From an uncultured Candidatus Saccharibacteria bacterium (GTDB lineage: Bacteria; Patescibacteriota; Minisyncoccia; Portnoybacterales; UBA2143): DNA of 46,075 bases. The position numbers were made by a program, and so were the translations under genes. Shown piece by piece: positions 20,392 to 30,008 of the stretch. A model generated the notes under the pieces. That model saw only the letters and a list, made by a program, of their open reading frames with translations. It made no database searches and was not told the DNA's origin. Within the stretch, counting starts at the first letter, position 1. Every line of letters begins with the position of its first letter. The DNA lies in assembly GCA_964594155.1 (NCBI GenBank), contig CAZQLH010000005.1:1-46075 (forward strand). The letters run 5' to 3'.

Positions 20392-21303
20392 TTATTTCTT
20401 TTTATTGTAGCTAACTTGGTCAGCTAAGAGTCCAAAAAGAATGATTTGAAATCCAACAATAGTTAGGATAGTTACTGTGGCATCGCCAAAAAATGTTTCG
20501 CCATAAGTAAGCACATAAATAGCAGCGACAATTCCTAGAATTAGACAAAATAAACCAACAATTAAAAAGAATCTTAAGGGCTTGAAGTGAATATACATTC
20601 GCAGCATAGTTGGTAAAACATTAGCTGGATATTTAAAGCCCATTTTAATAAATGATTTGCCGCCTTCTCTTTTATGGAATTTAGTTGGAACTTCTACTAC
20701 TCGCATATTCTTTCCCCATGAATCAATGATTAATTGCTGGGTTTCGTTGTAGTCTCTAATAATGTTAAAAACTTTTAAATATCTTTTATGAAAAGCTATT
20801 AGACCAGTAGTAGCGTCAGTAACTTTTAAGCCAGTGATTTTAGAACATAGCCAAGCAAAAAATTTATTGCCCCATTCGCGGTAAAGCGGCATTTTGTATT
20901 GAAGCCCGCCAGTTAAACGAGTGCCAAAAACAACATCAGCTCGGTCATCTAAAATTGGCCGAATGATTTGTTCAATATCTTCTGGCGGATTTTGAAAATC
21001 AGCATCAATTTTAACAGCAATATCAGCTCCCATTTCATAAGCAGTTTCCATACCAGTTCGTGTAGAAGCGCCTAATCCTTTGTTGTATGGATGAATAACA
21101 ATTCTTTTAACACCTGCTTTTTCTGATTCTTCAATAGTTCTGTCTTTAGATCCATCATCAACTACAATCGTATCAAGAACAAAGTCTCTTTCTTGATCAT
21201 TACTGTAAAGGTTATTAATTTTTTTAATTACTCCAGCAATAGTTTCTTCTTCATTATATGCTGGAATAAATACAATAACATATGGTAAACGATATTCTTT
21301 CAT
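20392..21303 (-). CDS. Glycosyltransferase family 2, DPM/ArnC-like, with two C-terminal TM helices
   Basis: IPAYNEE, VDDGSKD, DADFQ; hydrophobic C-terminus. Confidence 0.9.
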   Translation of the reverse strand: MKEYRLPYVIVFIPAYNEEETIAGVIKKINNLYSNDQERDFVLDTIVVDDGSKDRTIEESEKAGVKRIVIHPYNKGLGASTRTGMETAYEMGADIAVKIDADFQNPPEDIEQIIRPILDDRADVVFGTRLTGGLQYKMPLYREWGNKFFAWLCSKITGLKVTDATTGLIAFHKRYLKVFNIIRDYNETQQLIIDSWGKNMRVVEVPTKFHKREGGKSFIKMGFKYPANVLPTMLRMYIHFKPLRFFLIVGLFCLILGIVAAIYVLTYGETFFGDATVTILTIVGFQIILFGLLADQVSYNKKK

Positions 21304-21314
21304 AGTTTTTTATT

Positions 21315-22421
21315 TTAATTAAGTAATCTTTTAATTGTAGTAATCATATAATTTAATTCTTTTTTAGTCAATTGTGGAAACATTGGCAAAGTAATAATTG
21401 ACTTAGAAACTTTTTCTGTAATAGGGAGTTTGTTTTTTTGTTTGTAATATGATTGAAGATGAACAGGCGGATCAAAATGAACAGAAGCTTCAATTCCTTT
21501 TTGCTTTAGTTTTTTAACTAATTCATCACGATTGCCTTTTTTAAGCTTAATTGTGTACATTTGGTAAACATGTTTGGTTTGTGGCATTTCTATTGGCAAG
21601 CCAATTGAATCAATGTTTTTCAGTTTTTGATTTAAATAGATAGCGTGTTTTCTTCTTAAAGAATTCATCTTATTTATTTTTTTCATTTGCTCAACGCCGA
21701 TTGCTGCTAAGATATTGCTCATTCGGAAATTATATCCAGGCATTATAGCAGAACGATGCCAAGGTTTTTTTTCTTTGATTCGCTGGTCAGTCATCTTAGG
21801 GATGCCATGCCCCATTAATGTTTTAATTTTTTGAATTAGTTTTTTGTCATTGGTTGTAACCATACCGCCTTCGCCAGTAGTCAGGTTTTTGGTTGGAAAG
21901 AAGGAAAAACAGCCAATACTGAATGAGCCGGTTCTTTTATCTTTAAATTCTCCGCCGATAGCTTCAGCTGAATCTTCAATCACCCAAAGTTTGTGTTTTT
22001 TGGCAATTTTCATTATTTGATCCATTTGACAGGATTGACCGGCAAAATGAACAGGCATTATAGCTTGGGTTTTTGAAGTGATTTTTCTTTTGATATCTTC
22101 TGGATCAATATTATTGGTTTGATAATCAATATCAGCAAAAACTGGCTTAGCTCCGGCTGTAACAATAGCATTAGCTGAAGCAGAAAAGGTAAAGCTAGGC
22201 AGAATAATTTCTTTAGTAATATTAAGCGCTTTAATTACAGCAAAAAGAGCTGAAGCGCAAGAGTTCATGCTAACTGCATATTTAGTGCCAGTGTATTTGG
22301 CAAACATTTCTTCAAATTCTTGGTTTTTTGGGCCATGAGCAAGCCAGCCAGAATCAAGCACTTTTTCAATTGCTTTTAATTCTTTTTTGTCAAGATATGG
22401 TTTTGATAAAGGGATTTTCAT
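21315..22421 (-). CDS. DegT/DnrJ/EryC1/StrS PLP sugar aminotransferase
   Basis: PVHFAG, EDSAEAIG, FSFFPTKNLTTGEGG, GYNFRM. Confidence 0.92.
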   Translation of the reverse strand: MKIPLSKPYLDKKELKAIEKVLDSGWLAHGPKNQEFEEMFAKYTGTKYAVSMNSCASALFAVIKALNITKEIILPSFTFSASANAIVTAGAKPVFADIDYQTNNIDPEDIKRKITSKTQAIMPVHFAGQSCQMDQIMKIAKKHKLWVIEDSAEAIGGEFKDKRTGSFSIGCFSFFPTKNLTTGEGGMVTTNDKKLIQKIKTLMGHGIPKMTDQRIKEKKPWHRSAIMPGYNFRMSNILAAIGVEQMKKINKMNSLRRKHAIYLNQKLKNIDSIGLPIEMPQTKHVYQMYTIKLKKGNRDELVKKLKQKGIEASVHFDPPVHLQSYYKQKNKLPITEKVSKSIITLPMFPQLTKKELNYMITTIKRLLN

Positions 22422-23404
22422 TTTTGTTTTTTAAACAATTCAGTGGAATGAATATAGTCAATATATTCTTTAAGTCCTTCTTCTAATTGATACTTTGGTT
22501 TATAGCCAAGCAGTTTTTTAGCCTTGGTTATATCTAATGAGCCTCTGATCGGCCTGCTTTTATCAGCTGGCGTAATTATTGTTTTAACTTTATTAGGAAC
22601 AAGCTTATCTAATATTTTGGCAAATTCTTTAGCACTCCTGCCTTTGCCAGCTGTAATATTGAAAATTTGATTGGCGCCTTTAGGATGAAGCGCTGCTAAG
22701 CAAAAACCATGAGCTGCGTCAGTAGCATAAGTGAAATCAACTTTATCTTTGCCGCCTCCGTGTAAAGTCAAAGGTTTGTCAGTCAGAACGTTTTCAACAA
22801 AGATTTGACTAACTCTGCGATTAGAATCAGTTGGCCCATAAACAGCTGACGGTCTAATAATTACATATTCAGTGCCAAATCTCTTAGCATAAGTTTTGGT
22901 TAAGAATTCGCAAGATAATTTGGTTGCTCCATAAATATCAATTGGATCTGTGGGGTGATTTTCATCAGCTGGATCATATTTGAAATGTCCATAAACAAAA
23001 CTAGAAGAGGTATAAAGGATTCTTTTGACAGAATTTACTTCTCTAATAGCTTCTAAAAGATTAATATGGCCATTCAGGTTTGTGTGAATAGCATCTTCAA
23101 AATATATAGTAGAGGCATTAGCTAATGGAATAGATATTAGGTTAATAACAATATCTGGTTTAATTCTTTTAACTGTTTTAGTTATGGTATCTTTATTTCT
23201 AATATCACCACGAATAATTTCAATATCATTTTTAATATCCTCTAATCGTTTTTGCAGATAAAAAGGATAATGGCCCTCTTTGGGAGGGATATAGTTTGAA
23301 AAATTATCATAAGTTATTATTTTATGGCCTTGGGGGAGCAGTTCTTTAGTAATAAAGTAGCCAAGAAAACCAACTCCTCCACAGATTAGAATTTTTTTAC
23401 TCAT
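22418..23404 (-). CDS. NAD-dependent NDP-sugar epimerase/dehydratase (extended SDR)
   Basis: GGVGFLG, SSSFVYG, YGATK. Confidence 0.9.
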   Translation of the reverse strand: MSKKILICGGVGFLGYFITKELLPQGHKIITYDNFSNYIPPKEGHYPFYLQKRLEDIKNDIEIIRGDIRNKDTITKTVKRIKPDIVINLISIPLANASTIYFEDAIHTNLNGHINLLEAIREVNSVKRILYTSSSFVYGHFKYDPADENHPTDPIDIYGATKLSCEFLTKTYAKRFGTEYVIIRPSAVYGPTDSNRRVSQIFVENVLTDKPLTLHGGGKDKVDFTYATDAAHGFCLAALHPKGANQIFNITAGKGRSAKEFAKILDKLVPNKVKTIITPADKSRPIRGSLDITKAKKLLGYKPKYQLEEGLKEYIDYIHSTELFKKQK

Positions 23405-23408
23405 ATAT

Positions 23409-24740
23409 TTACCGCCCTCCTCCTTTCAAAACAATTTTAATGGTTCTTAAAAGAATGCTTAAATCTAAAACAAAAGAGCGGTGTTTGATGTAATAGAGTT
23501 CAAATTGCAGTTTTTCAATGCTGTCTTTTACTGAAGCGCCATATCGGAAGTTAACTTGGGCCCAGCCGCTTAATCCAGGCCTGACAATATGGCGAATTTG
23601 GTAATATGAAATTTCTTTTTCTAATTGCTGGACAAATTCAATTCTTTCCGGCCGAGGGCCAATAAAGCTCATTTGTCCGATAAAAACATTCCAAAGCTGG
23701 GGCAGTTCATCTAAACGGGTTTTCCTCATAAATTTTCCTATTTTGGTAATTCTATGATCTTGCTTATCAGCCCATTGGGCTCCGTCTTTTTCCGCTTCAT
23801 CAATCATAGAACGGAATTTGATTACATTAAAGATTTGGCCGTCTAAACCAATTCTTCTTTGTGTATAGAAAACAGGTCCAGGGCTATTTAATTTTATTGC
23901 TAAAGCAATAAAAGGATAAAAAATTAAGCTGATTAAGCCAAAGATAAAAGAGCCAAGCATGTCCAGAATTCTTTTAATTGCTTCATAAAAGTTTTTCTGG
24001 CTTTCAGTCAGGTTTTCTAAAAACCAAATCTCGCCAATGCTGGAAATAGGCACCTTGCCTAATATTTTTTCATAAAAAGAGGGCAAATCATTAAAGCTGA
24101 TTTTTAATGGCAGGCATTGGTATAAACTTTGAACTAACTTTGAATCATGATGAGGATTAACCCCGGTAATAATTGTTTTTATATTTTTTTGAGTGACCAT
24201 TTCCAGTAAATCAAACGGCGTTTGGATTTCCTGCGGTTTAATTTGTTTAATTACTTGATAGCCTAATTGAGGGCTGTTTTTAATAATTTGATTTATCTGA
24301 TTTGTTTCTTTGTTTCGGCCAATAATCAGAACATTATTAATTAAAGCTGAGCTTTTAATCAAATTATTATAAAGATGTCGCCAGCCAGAGAATAATATGG
24401 CAAAAATAGCTAAGTTTAAAAATAGGTTTGTTTTAGGAGTAATGCCGAAATACGGGATAAGATAAAAGAAAGCAACAGATAATCCAGCATTGATTATTAG
24501 TCCGTTAAGAAGTATGGAATAGAATTTAATATTATTTCTAGCTAAAGATAATTCATAAAGTCCGGCAATAAAAAAAACAATCAGCCAGAAAAGGTAGAGG
24601 ATAGTAAATGGCCAGAAATGCTGCTGCCAGCGATTATAGTCAAATCTGTCTCCATAGCGGATAAATAGAACCAGCCAGAGAGATAAATACAGGACAAAAA
24701 TATCGCCAAGCAGTAAAATTATTCTTTTGATATTGGGCAT
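23409..24740 (-). CDS. Polyprenyl-phosphate glycosylphosphotransferase (WbaP/WcaJ-like initiating transferase)
   Basis: N-terminal TMs; KRILD, KFRSM, RLDELPQLWNV..G.MS.IGPRPE, PGLSGWAQV. Confidence 0.93.
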   Translation of the reverse strand: MPNIKRIILLLGDIFVLYLSLWLVLFIRYGDRFDYNRWQQHFWPFTILYLFWLIVFFIAGLYELSLARNNIKFYSILLNGLIINAGLSVAFFYLIPYFGITPKTNLFLNLAIFAILFSGWRHLYNNLIKSSALINNVLIIGRNKETNQINQIIKNSPQLGYQVIKQIKPQEIQTPFDLLEMVTQKNIKTIITGVNPHHDSKLVQSLYQCLPLKISFNDLPSFYEKILGKVPISSIGEIWFLENLTESQKNFYEAIKRILDMLGSFIFGLISLIFYPFIALAIKLNSPGPVFYTQRRIGLDGQIFNVIKFRSMIDEAEKDGAQWADKQDHRITKIGKFMRKTRLDELPQLWNVFIGQMSFIGPRPERIEFVQQLEKEISYYQIRHIVRPGLSGWAQVNFRYGASVKDSIEKLQFELYYIKHRSFVLDLSILLRTIKIVLKGGGR

Positions 24741-24747
24741 TAAACTT

Positions 24748-24775
24748 ATTCTACCATTTCGCCTTGATAAATCAA
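24748..24775 (-). promoter_or_regulatory. Sigma70-type promoter for the minus-strand glycan operon (leaderless)
   Basis: TTGATT-16 nt-TAGAAT with extended TG; 7 nt between the -10 box and the ATG at 24740. Confidence 0.65.
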
Positions 24776-24792
24776 GACAGATAGAGTAAAAT
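24764..24792 (+). promoter_or_regulatory. Sigma70-type promoter for the ligase/TPR operon (near-leaderless)
   Basis: TTGATA-17 nt-TAAAAT; 8 nt to the ATG at 24801. Confidence 0.65.
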
Positions 24793-24800
24793 ATAATATA

Positions 24801-27020
24801 ATGAGCCCAAAAATCATTAAAGGAATTATTTATACTTGCCTTTATTCAATTTTGATAGCCCCTTTTTTAGTTTGGGGCAAGTTTTTATTTCCATATATTA
24901 CACCTAAGACATTCTTTTTTAGGATTCTTATTGAGATAGCCCTTTTCTTTTATATCCTGCTTATTATCTATAAGCCGGAATACCGTCCTAAGTTTTCCAA
25001 ATTAACTTGGATTATCTTGGTTTATATTCTAATTATAACTTTTGTCAGTATTTTTGGCGTAAATCCTTATCGCAGTTTTTGGGGCAATATTGAAAGAGGC
25101 GAGGGATTATTGACAATTTATCATTTATTTGTTTTCTACATCTTAATCACTTCGCTTTTCAAGGAAAGAAAAGAATGGTTAAGGTTTTTTAGTATTTCTA
25201 TTTTTACGAGTTTATTGATAAGTTTTTACGCCTTAGGGCAAAAGTTTGGGGTAGATTTTCTTTTACCTAGTTCTGGAGGCACTCGTTTGACTGGAACAAT
25301 TGGCAATGCCAGCTTTTTAGCCGCTTATTTGTTAATGAATATTTTTCTTTGCTTGTTTCTTTTTGTTAACAGGAAAGAGGTTGGCTGGCGAGTTTTTTAC
25401 GGATTAGTTTTTTTATTTGAAGCATATATTATTTTTCAAACAGAAACCAGAGGCGCTTTATTGGGATTTTTCGGCGGTTTGCTTTTAATAGCTCTTTTAA
25501 CTGTTATCTTTTCCAAAGACAAAAAAACCAGACTATATTTTATCGGCTTATTCCTGCTTCTAGTCATTTTTGCCGGTTCGGTCTGGATTTTTCAGGATCA
25601 GTCATGGGTAAAGAATAGCAATGCTTTGCGCCGTTTAACTGAAATTTCTTTTGATGATGTAACCACTCAAACGCGTTTGCTTGGCTGGCAAGCAGCTGCA
25701 AAGGGCTGGAAAGACAGATTTTTCTTAGGTTATGGATATGAGAATTATAATGTTGCTTATAACAAGTATTTTCCAGTTGCGATTTTCCTTGATATTGGCT
25801 CTCGGGTTTGGTTTGACCGGGCTCATAATATTATCCTTGATCAAGCGGTTCCAGGAGGAATCTTTGGCTTGCTATCTTATTTAAGCATCTTTGGATTTGC
25901 TATTTATATTTTAATTTCTTTATTACGAAAAAAAATTAAACATTTTGAAACAGGATTTATTATTTTAATCGCTTTGTTAGCCGCTTATTTTGTCCAGAAT
26001 TTCTTTGTTTTTGACACTTTAGGAACTTATATTCTTTTTTATTCAGTTTTGGGATTTGTATCTTATTTATTATTAGAAAGCCAAAATATTTCTAAAGAAG
26101 ATAATCAAGCCAAAACAAGCAGCGAGCCAAAACCGTTCTTTATAATCATATCAGTTTTAATCTTAATTTTCTCTATCTATATTTTCAATCTTAAGCCAGC
26201 TATTGCTAATACTACTTCTGTAAAAGGCATGAGTTACGCGTATAATAATATGTATAAAGAAGCGCTGCCTGAATTTAAGAAATCTTTAAATTATGGAACA
26301 TATCAAGCGCCGGAAATCAGGCATAATTTATCTAAAACAGTTGTTATGGCGTACCAGAGCAGACAATTCACCAAACAGGAGAATATAGATAATTTTGAAT
26401 ATGCTATTGAAGAGATAAATAAGAATATTAAAGCGGCTCCTTTAAACGCTCGTCATTATGCTTTTGCCATGACTCTTTATAACGCGGCTGCTAATCTTAA
26501 TACTGCTTATTATGACAAGGTTGTTGAATTAGGGCATCAAGCGTTAAAGTTAAGCCCAGACAGGCCGCAATTTTATTACTCCATGGGCCAGGCAAGAATT
26601 TCCCAGGGCAGATTTGAACAGGGTGTTGAGTATTTTGAAAAAGCAGTTGAATTAAGCCCAAATGTAGTTGAATCGCATTGGAATTTAGCAGCTGCTTATA
26701 TTATCGCTGGAGAGGATGAATTAGCTGAACAAGAATTTGCTGTAATGGAAGAGCTTAACTTTAATTATTATTCAATGAATAATTTATTAAGGATGGTTAG
26801 GCCGTATTTAATTAGAAGGGATTTTCACAAGCTTGCTTTTATTTATGAAGAATTGATTAAATTAAATCCAAATAATCCTGATTTTTACGCTAAATTAGCC
26901 GCTTCTTACAGAGAAATTGGTGAAATAGAAAAAGCCAGACAAGCTGTTCAAAAAGCAGTTGAATTAGATCCTGATTTTGCTGATGAAGCAGAAGTATTTT
27001 TAAGATTATTAGAACAATGA
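24801..27020 (+). CDS. O-antigen-ligase (Wzy_C) family membrane protein with C-terminal TPRs; possible O-oligosaccharyltransferase
   Basis: GTIGNASFLAAYL, TETRGA, GYGYENY, DRAHN; TPR repeats (AVELSP, IKLNP, AVELDP). Confidence 0.85.
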   Translation: MSPKIIKGIIYTCLYSILIAPFLVWGKFLFPYITPKTFFFRILIEIALFFYILLIIYKPEYRPKFSKLTWIILVYILIITFVSIFGVNPYRSFWGNIERGEGLLTIYHLFVFYILITSLFKERKEWLRFFSISIFTSLLISFYALGQKFGVDFLLPSSGGTRLTGTIGNASFLAAYLLMNIFLCLFLFVNRKEVGWRVFYGLVFLFEAYIIFQTETRGALLGFFGGLLLIALLTVIFSKDKKTRLYFIGLFLLLVIFAGSVWIFQDQSWVKNSNALRRLTEISFDDVTTQTRLLGWQAAAKGWKDRFFLGYGYENYNVAYNKYFPVAIFLDIGSRVWFDRAHNIILDQAVPGGIFGLLSYLSIFGFAIYILISLLRKKIKHFETGFIILIALLAAYFVQNFFVFDTLGTYILFYSVLGFVSYLLLESQNISKEDNQAKTSSEPKPFFIIISVLILIFSIYIFNLKPAIANTTSVKGMSYAYNNMYKEALPEFKKSLNYGTYQAPEIRHNLSKTVVMAYQSRQFTKQENIDNFEYAIEEINKNIKAAPLNARHYAFAMTLYNAAANLNTAYYDKVVELGHQALKLSPDRPQFYYSMGQARISQGRFEQGVEYFEKAVELSPNVVESHWNLAAAYIIAGEDELAEQEFAVMEELNFNYYSMNNLLRMVRPYLIRRDFHKLAFIYEELIKLNPNNPDFYAKLAASYREIGEIEKARQAVQKAVELDPDFADEAEVFLRLLEQ

Positions 27021-28783
27021 TGGAAAAATTCAAAATTCAAAATTCAAAATTCAAAATTCTATTATTAATTGGGGGCTTTTTTCTTTTGCCTGTAAGTATT
27101 CAAGCGGCTGAATTAGGCGATCAAGTTAATTTCTATGTTGATTCTACTTATGATATTTCTAACAGAAATCAATTAACAGCTGAATTAAAAGTCATTGGCG
27201 ATTTTATTTATTTCTACGTAGAAAAAGATTATTACAATAGATTAAACATTGCCCAAAAAAGCTTGTTAAAAGAAAAATTAAAAGAATTGGCTGATGAATT
27301 TGACCAAGTTATTTATCCCAAAGAAAGAGCAATCTTTGGTTCTGAATGGAGTCCAGGGATTGATAATGATGTAAAAATCACTGTTTTAGTCAGTGAATTG
27401 GTTAGCGATGCTGGCGGCTACTTTAATACTTTTGATGAATATCCCAAGTCGCAGATTTCTACATCCAATGAAAGAGAAATGATTTATCTTAATGTTCTTA
27501 GTATTTTTAATTCCAAAAATAAATCTTTCTTAGCTCATGAATTCCAGCATCTTATTTCTTTCTATCAAAAAACCAAGTTATATGGATTAGAAGAAGAGGT
27601 CTGGCTGAATGAGGCCCGTTCAGAATACGCTTCAACAGTCTGCGGTTATAATGATAAATATATTAATAGTTATTTGGCCAATAGGGTAGATACTTTTTTA
27701 GATGAGCCGTCTGATTCTTTAACTGAATGGAAAAACAAGGTGGCTGATTATGGAACAGCCAGCTTATTCATTCATTATTTAGTTGATCATTATGGAGAAG
27801 AAATTCTGACTCGGATGGTTTTGAATAACCAGGTTGGCATAAATAGTATTAATAAGGCATTAGCTGATTTGGGCTATACAGAAACATTTTCTGATATTTT
27901 TGCTGATTGGGCAGTGGCTAATTATCTAAATGATTGTGAGGTTGGATTAGATAGAAAGTATTGCTATCTTAATGATAATTTAACTTATCAGCGCTTGCAT
28001 ATTGATCATACGGTTAGTTATAGCGGCTTTCCTAATTTAATTGTTTCCCGGAGCAGTTCTGTTAAGGATTGGCTGGCTTATTGGTATAGATTCAGACAGG
28101 GAACAGCCCAATTAACAGACAGAGACACCTTAAAACTTGAATTTGTTGGTTCAGCAAACAGAGGCGATTTTCGCGTCCCTTATATTATTACTGACCAAAA
28201 TAATCAAACAACTGTTAAATTTATTTCTTTAGAAGACCAGCAAGGAATTGCATATATCCCAAATTTTACCAGTTTGAACAAATCAGTTATTATGATTCCT
28301 TTTAATCAATATCAAAAAAGCGGCTTTGGCAGCAATGAATCTTCAGCTTCATTTAGTTTTACTGCTTCTAGCGTGGCTTATACGCCAATAATTGAAGAAG
28401 AAGATAACAAGCCAATTAATAATTATCCTGAAGGAAGCTTGCTTAGAGCAAAAAATGATTACAAGGTTTATATTATCAAAGGAAATTACAAGCGCTGGGT
28501 CCAAAGCGCTGAGATATTTAATCAGTATGAACATCTCCTATGGGAAGACATTATTGATGTGGACTCTTCTGTTTTAGCCCAATATCAGGAAAGCTGGCTA
28601 ATCAGGGCAGATGGGGATAAAAAGGTCTATGAGCTTAATGCTGATGGAACCAAGCATTGGCTTAATATGACTGCTGAACAATTCACTATTACTGGCCATC
28701 TTTGGGATATGGTCTATATTACTAATTCTTTTGAAAGAGACTCCTATCTTACTGGCGCAGATGTGATGTATAGCGGATTATGA
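27017..28783 (+). CDS. Secreted zinc metallopeptidase (M30/M6-like) with duplicated C-terminal beta module
   Basis: Signal peptide ending IQA-A; AHEFQHLI..WLNE; two repeats LLRAKNDYKVY..KRW / LIRADGDKKVY..KHW. Confidence 0.8.
   Translation: MMEKFKIQNSKFKILLLIGGFFLLPVSIQAAELGDQVNFYVDSTYDISNRNQLTAELKVIGDFIYFYVEKDYYNRLNIAQKSLLKEKLKELADEFDQVIYPKERAIFGSEWSPGIDNDVKITVLVSELVSDAGGYFNTFDEYPKSQISTSNEREMIYLNVLSIFNSKNKSFLAHEFQHLISFYQKTKLYGLEEEVWLNEARSEYASTVCGYNDKYINSYLANRVDTFLDEPSDSLTEWKNKVADYGTASLFIHYLVDHYGEEILTRMVLNNQVGINSINKALADLGYTETFSDIFADWAVANYLNDCEVGLDRKYCYLNDNLTYQRLHIDHTVSYSGFPNLIVSRSSSVKDWLAYWYRFRQGTAQLTDRDTLKLEFVGSANRGDFRVPYIITDQNNQTTVKFISLEDQQGIAYIPNFTSLNKSVIMIPFNQYQKSGFGSNESSASFSFTASSVAYTPIIEEEDNKPINNYPEGSLLRAKNDYKVYIIKGNYKRWVQSAEIFNQYEHLLWEDIIDVDSSVLAQYQESWLIRADGDKKVYELNADGTKHWLNMTAEQFTITGHLWDMVYITNSFERDSYLTGADVMYSGL
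27025..27059 (+). repeat. Perfect tandem repeat (AAAATTC)x5 in the signal-peptide coding region
   Basis: Units start at 27025, 27032, 27039, 27046, 27053. Confidence 0.97.
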
Positions 28784-29556
28784 AAATTCAAAGAAACATT
28801 GTCTTAGCTCCATATACGAGCTTTAAGATTGGAGGGCCAGCTAAGTATTTTACAATTATTAAAAATAACAATGATTTAATTAAAGCGGTTGAATTTGCTA
28901 AAAGCAAAAAACTGCCTTTTTTTATTCTTGGAGGAGGGAGTAATATTTTAGTCAGTGATAAAGGATTTAACGGATTAGTCATTTTAATGAATAATAAGGA
29001 AATAAGAGTGGATAATAATCTAATTAGAGCTGACGCTGGAGCAAAATTATCTGATTTAGTAAGAATTTCTATTGATAATAATTTGGCTGGCTTGGAATGG
29101 GCAATTGGCATTCCTGGAACAATTGGCGGAGCAGTAAAAGTGAATACTAGCGCTTTTGGCTCTGATATTTCTGAATTAGTTAAAAATATTAAAAAGAAAG
29201 ATAATATTATTATCTCAGTTGAATTAGAATTGAAAAAGGGAAATAAAAAAACCAGCCAGGAAATGATAAAGAAATATTCAAAACACAGAAAAGAAAGACA
29301 GCCTTTGGAGTATCCATCAGCTGGCTGTATTTTTAAAAATCCAATCAATCAAAAAGCTGGATATTTAATTGAGCATAGCAGCCTTAAAGGAAAACAAATC
29401 GGCCAAGCTCAAGTTTCAGAAAAGCACGCTAATTTTATTATTAATTTAGGCGTCGCTAAATCTAAAAATGTAAAAGACTTGATTAAACTAATAAAAAAAA
29501 CAGTTAAAAAGAAATTTGATATAGAATTAGAGGAAGAAATCCAGTATCTTGGTTAG
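28780..29556 (+). CDS. murB: UDP-N-acetylenolpyruvoylglucosamine reductase, shortened
   Basis: TSFKIGGPA, LGGGSNIL, GLEW..GIPGTIGGA, QP..PSAGCIFKNP, KHANF, LEEE. Confidence 0.85.
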   Translation: MKIQRNIVLAPYTSFKIGGPAKYFTIIKNNNDLIKAVEFAKSKKLPFFILGGGSNILVSDKGFNGLVILMNNKEIRVDNNLIRADAGAKLSDLVRISIDNNLAGLEWAIGIPGTIGGAVKVNTSAFGSDISELVKNIKKKDNIIISVELELKKGNKKTSQEMIKKYSKHRKERQPLEYPSAGCIFKNPINQKAGYLIEHSSLKGKQIGQAQVSEKHANFIINLGVAKSKNVKDLIKLIKKTVKKKFDIELEEEIQYLG

Positions 29557-29559
29557 AAT

Positions 29560-29588
29560 TTGCTTAATTTCTCAAAAAATGCTAAGAT
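29560..29588 (+). promoter_or_regulatory. Sigma70-type promoter of hpf-secA (leaderless)
   Basis: TTGCTT-17 nt-TAAGAT with extended TG; 7 nt to the ATG at 29596. Confidence 0.6.
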
Positions 29589-29595
29589 AAAACCA

Positions 29596-30006
29596 ATGAA
29601 AATAATTATCAAAGCGACCAATACTAAGCTTTCACCGAGTATTAACCAGTATATTGAAGAAAAAATTGGCGGCTTGGATAAATTTCTTAAAAAATACGAT
29701 CCTAATTTAATTGAAGCGCGAGTAGAAGTGGGTAAGACCACTCGGGGTCAGCGCCGCGGAGATATTTTTAAAGCTGAAGTGAATTTAAATATCAATGGTT
29801 ATTTAATTCGGGTTAAAGAAACAGAAGGATCTTTAACAGCAGCTGTTGATTTAGTTAAGGATGAATTAAAAAGAAAGATTAGAAGGTATAAGAAAAAGCA
29901 GGAAACTAAGTTTATTCGCGGAGCTCGTTCATGGAAAAAATTCTGGAGGATTAGCCCTTTGGCTCGTTTTCGCAATCCAAAATCAAGAAAGATTATTAGG
30001 AAGTAG
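29596..30006 (+). CDS. hpf: Ribosome hibernation promoting factor (HPF/RaiA)
   Basis: [37 protein letters not shown]; upstream of secA; start moved from TTG 29560 to ATG 29596. Confidence 0.88.
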   Translation: MKIIIKATNTKLSPSINQYIEEKIGGLDKFLKKYDPNLIEARVEVGKTTRGQRRGDIFKAEVNLNINGYLIRVKETEGSLTAAVDLVKDELKRKIRRYKKKQETKFIRGARSWKKFWRISPLARFRNPKSRKIIRK

Positions 30007-30008
30007 GA

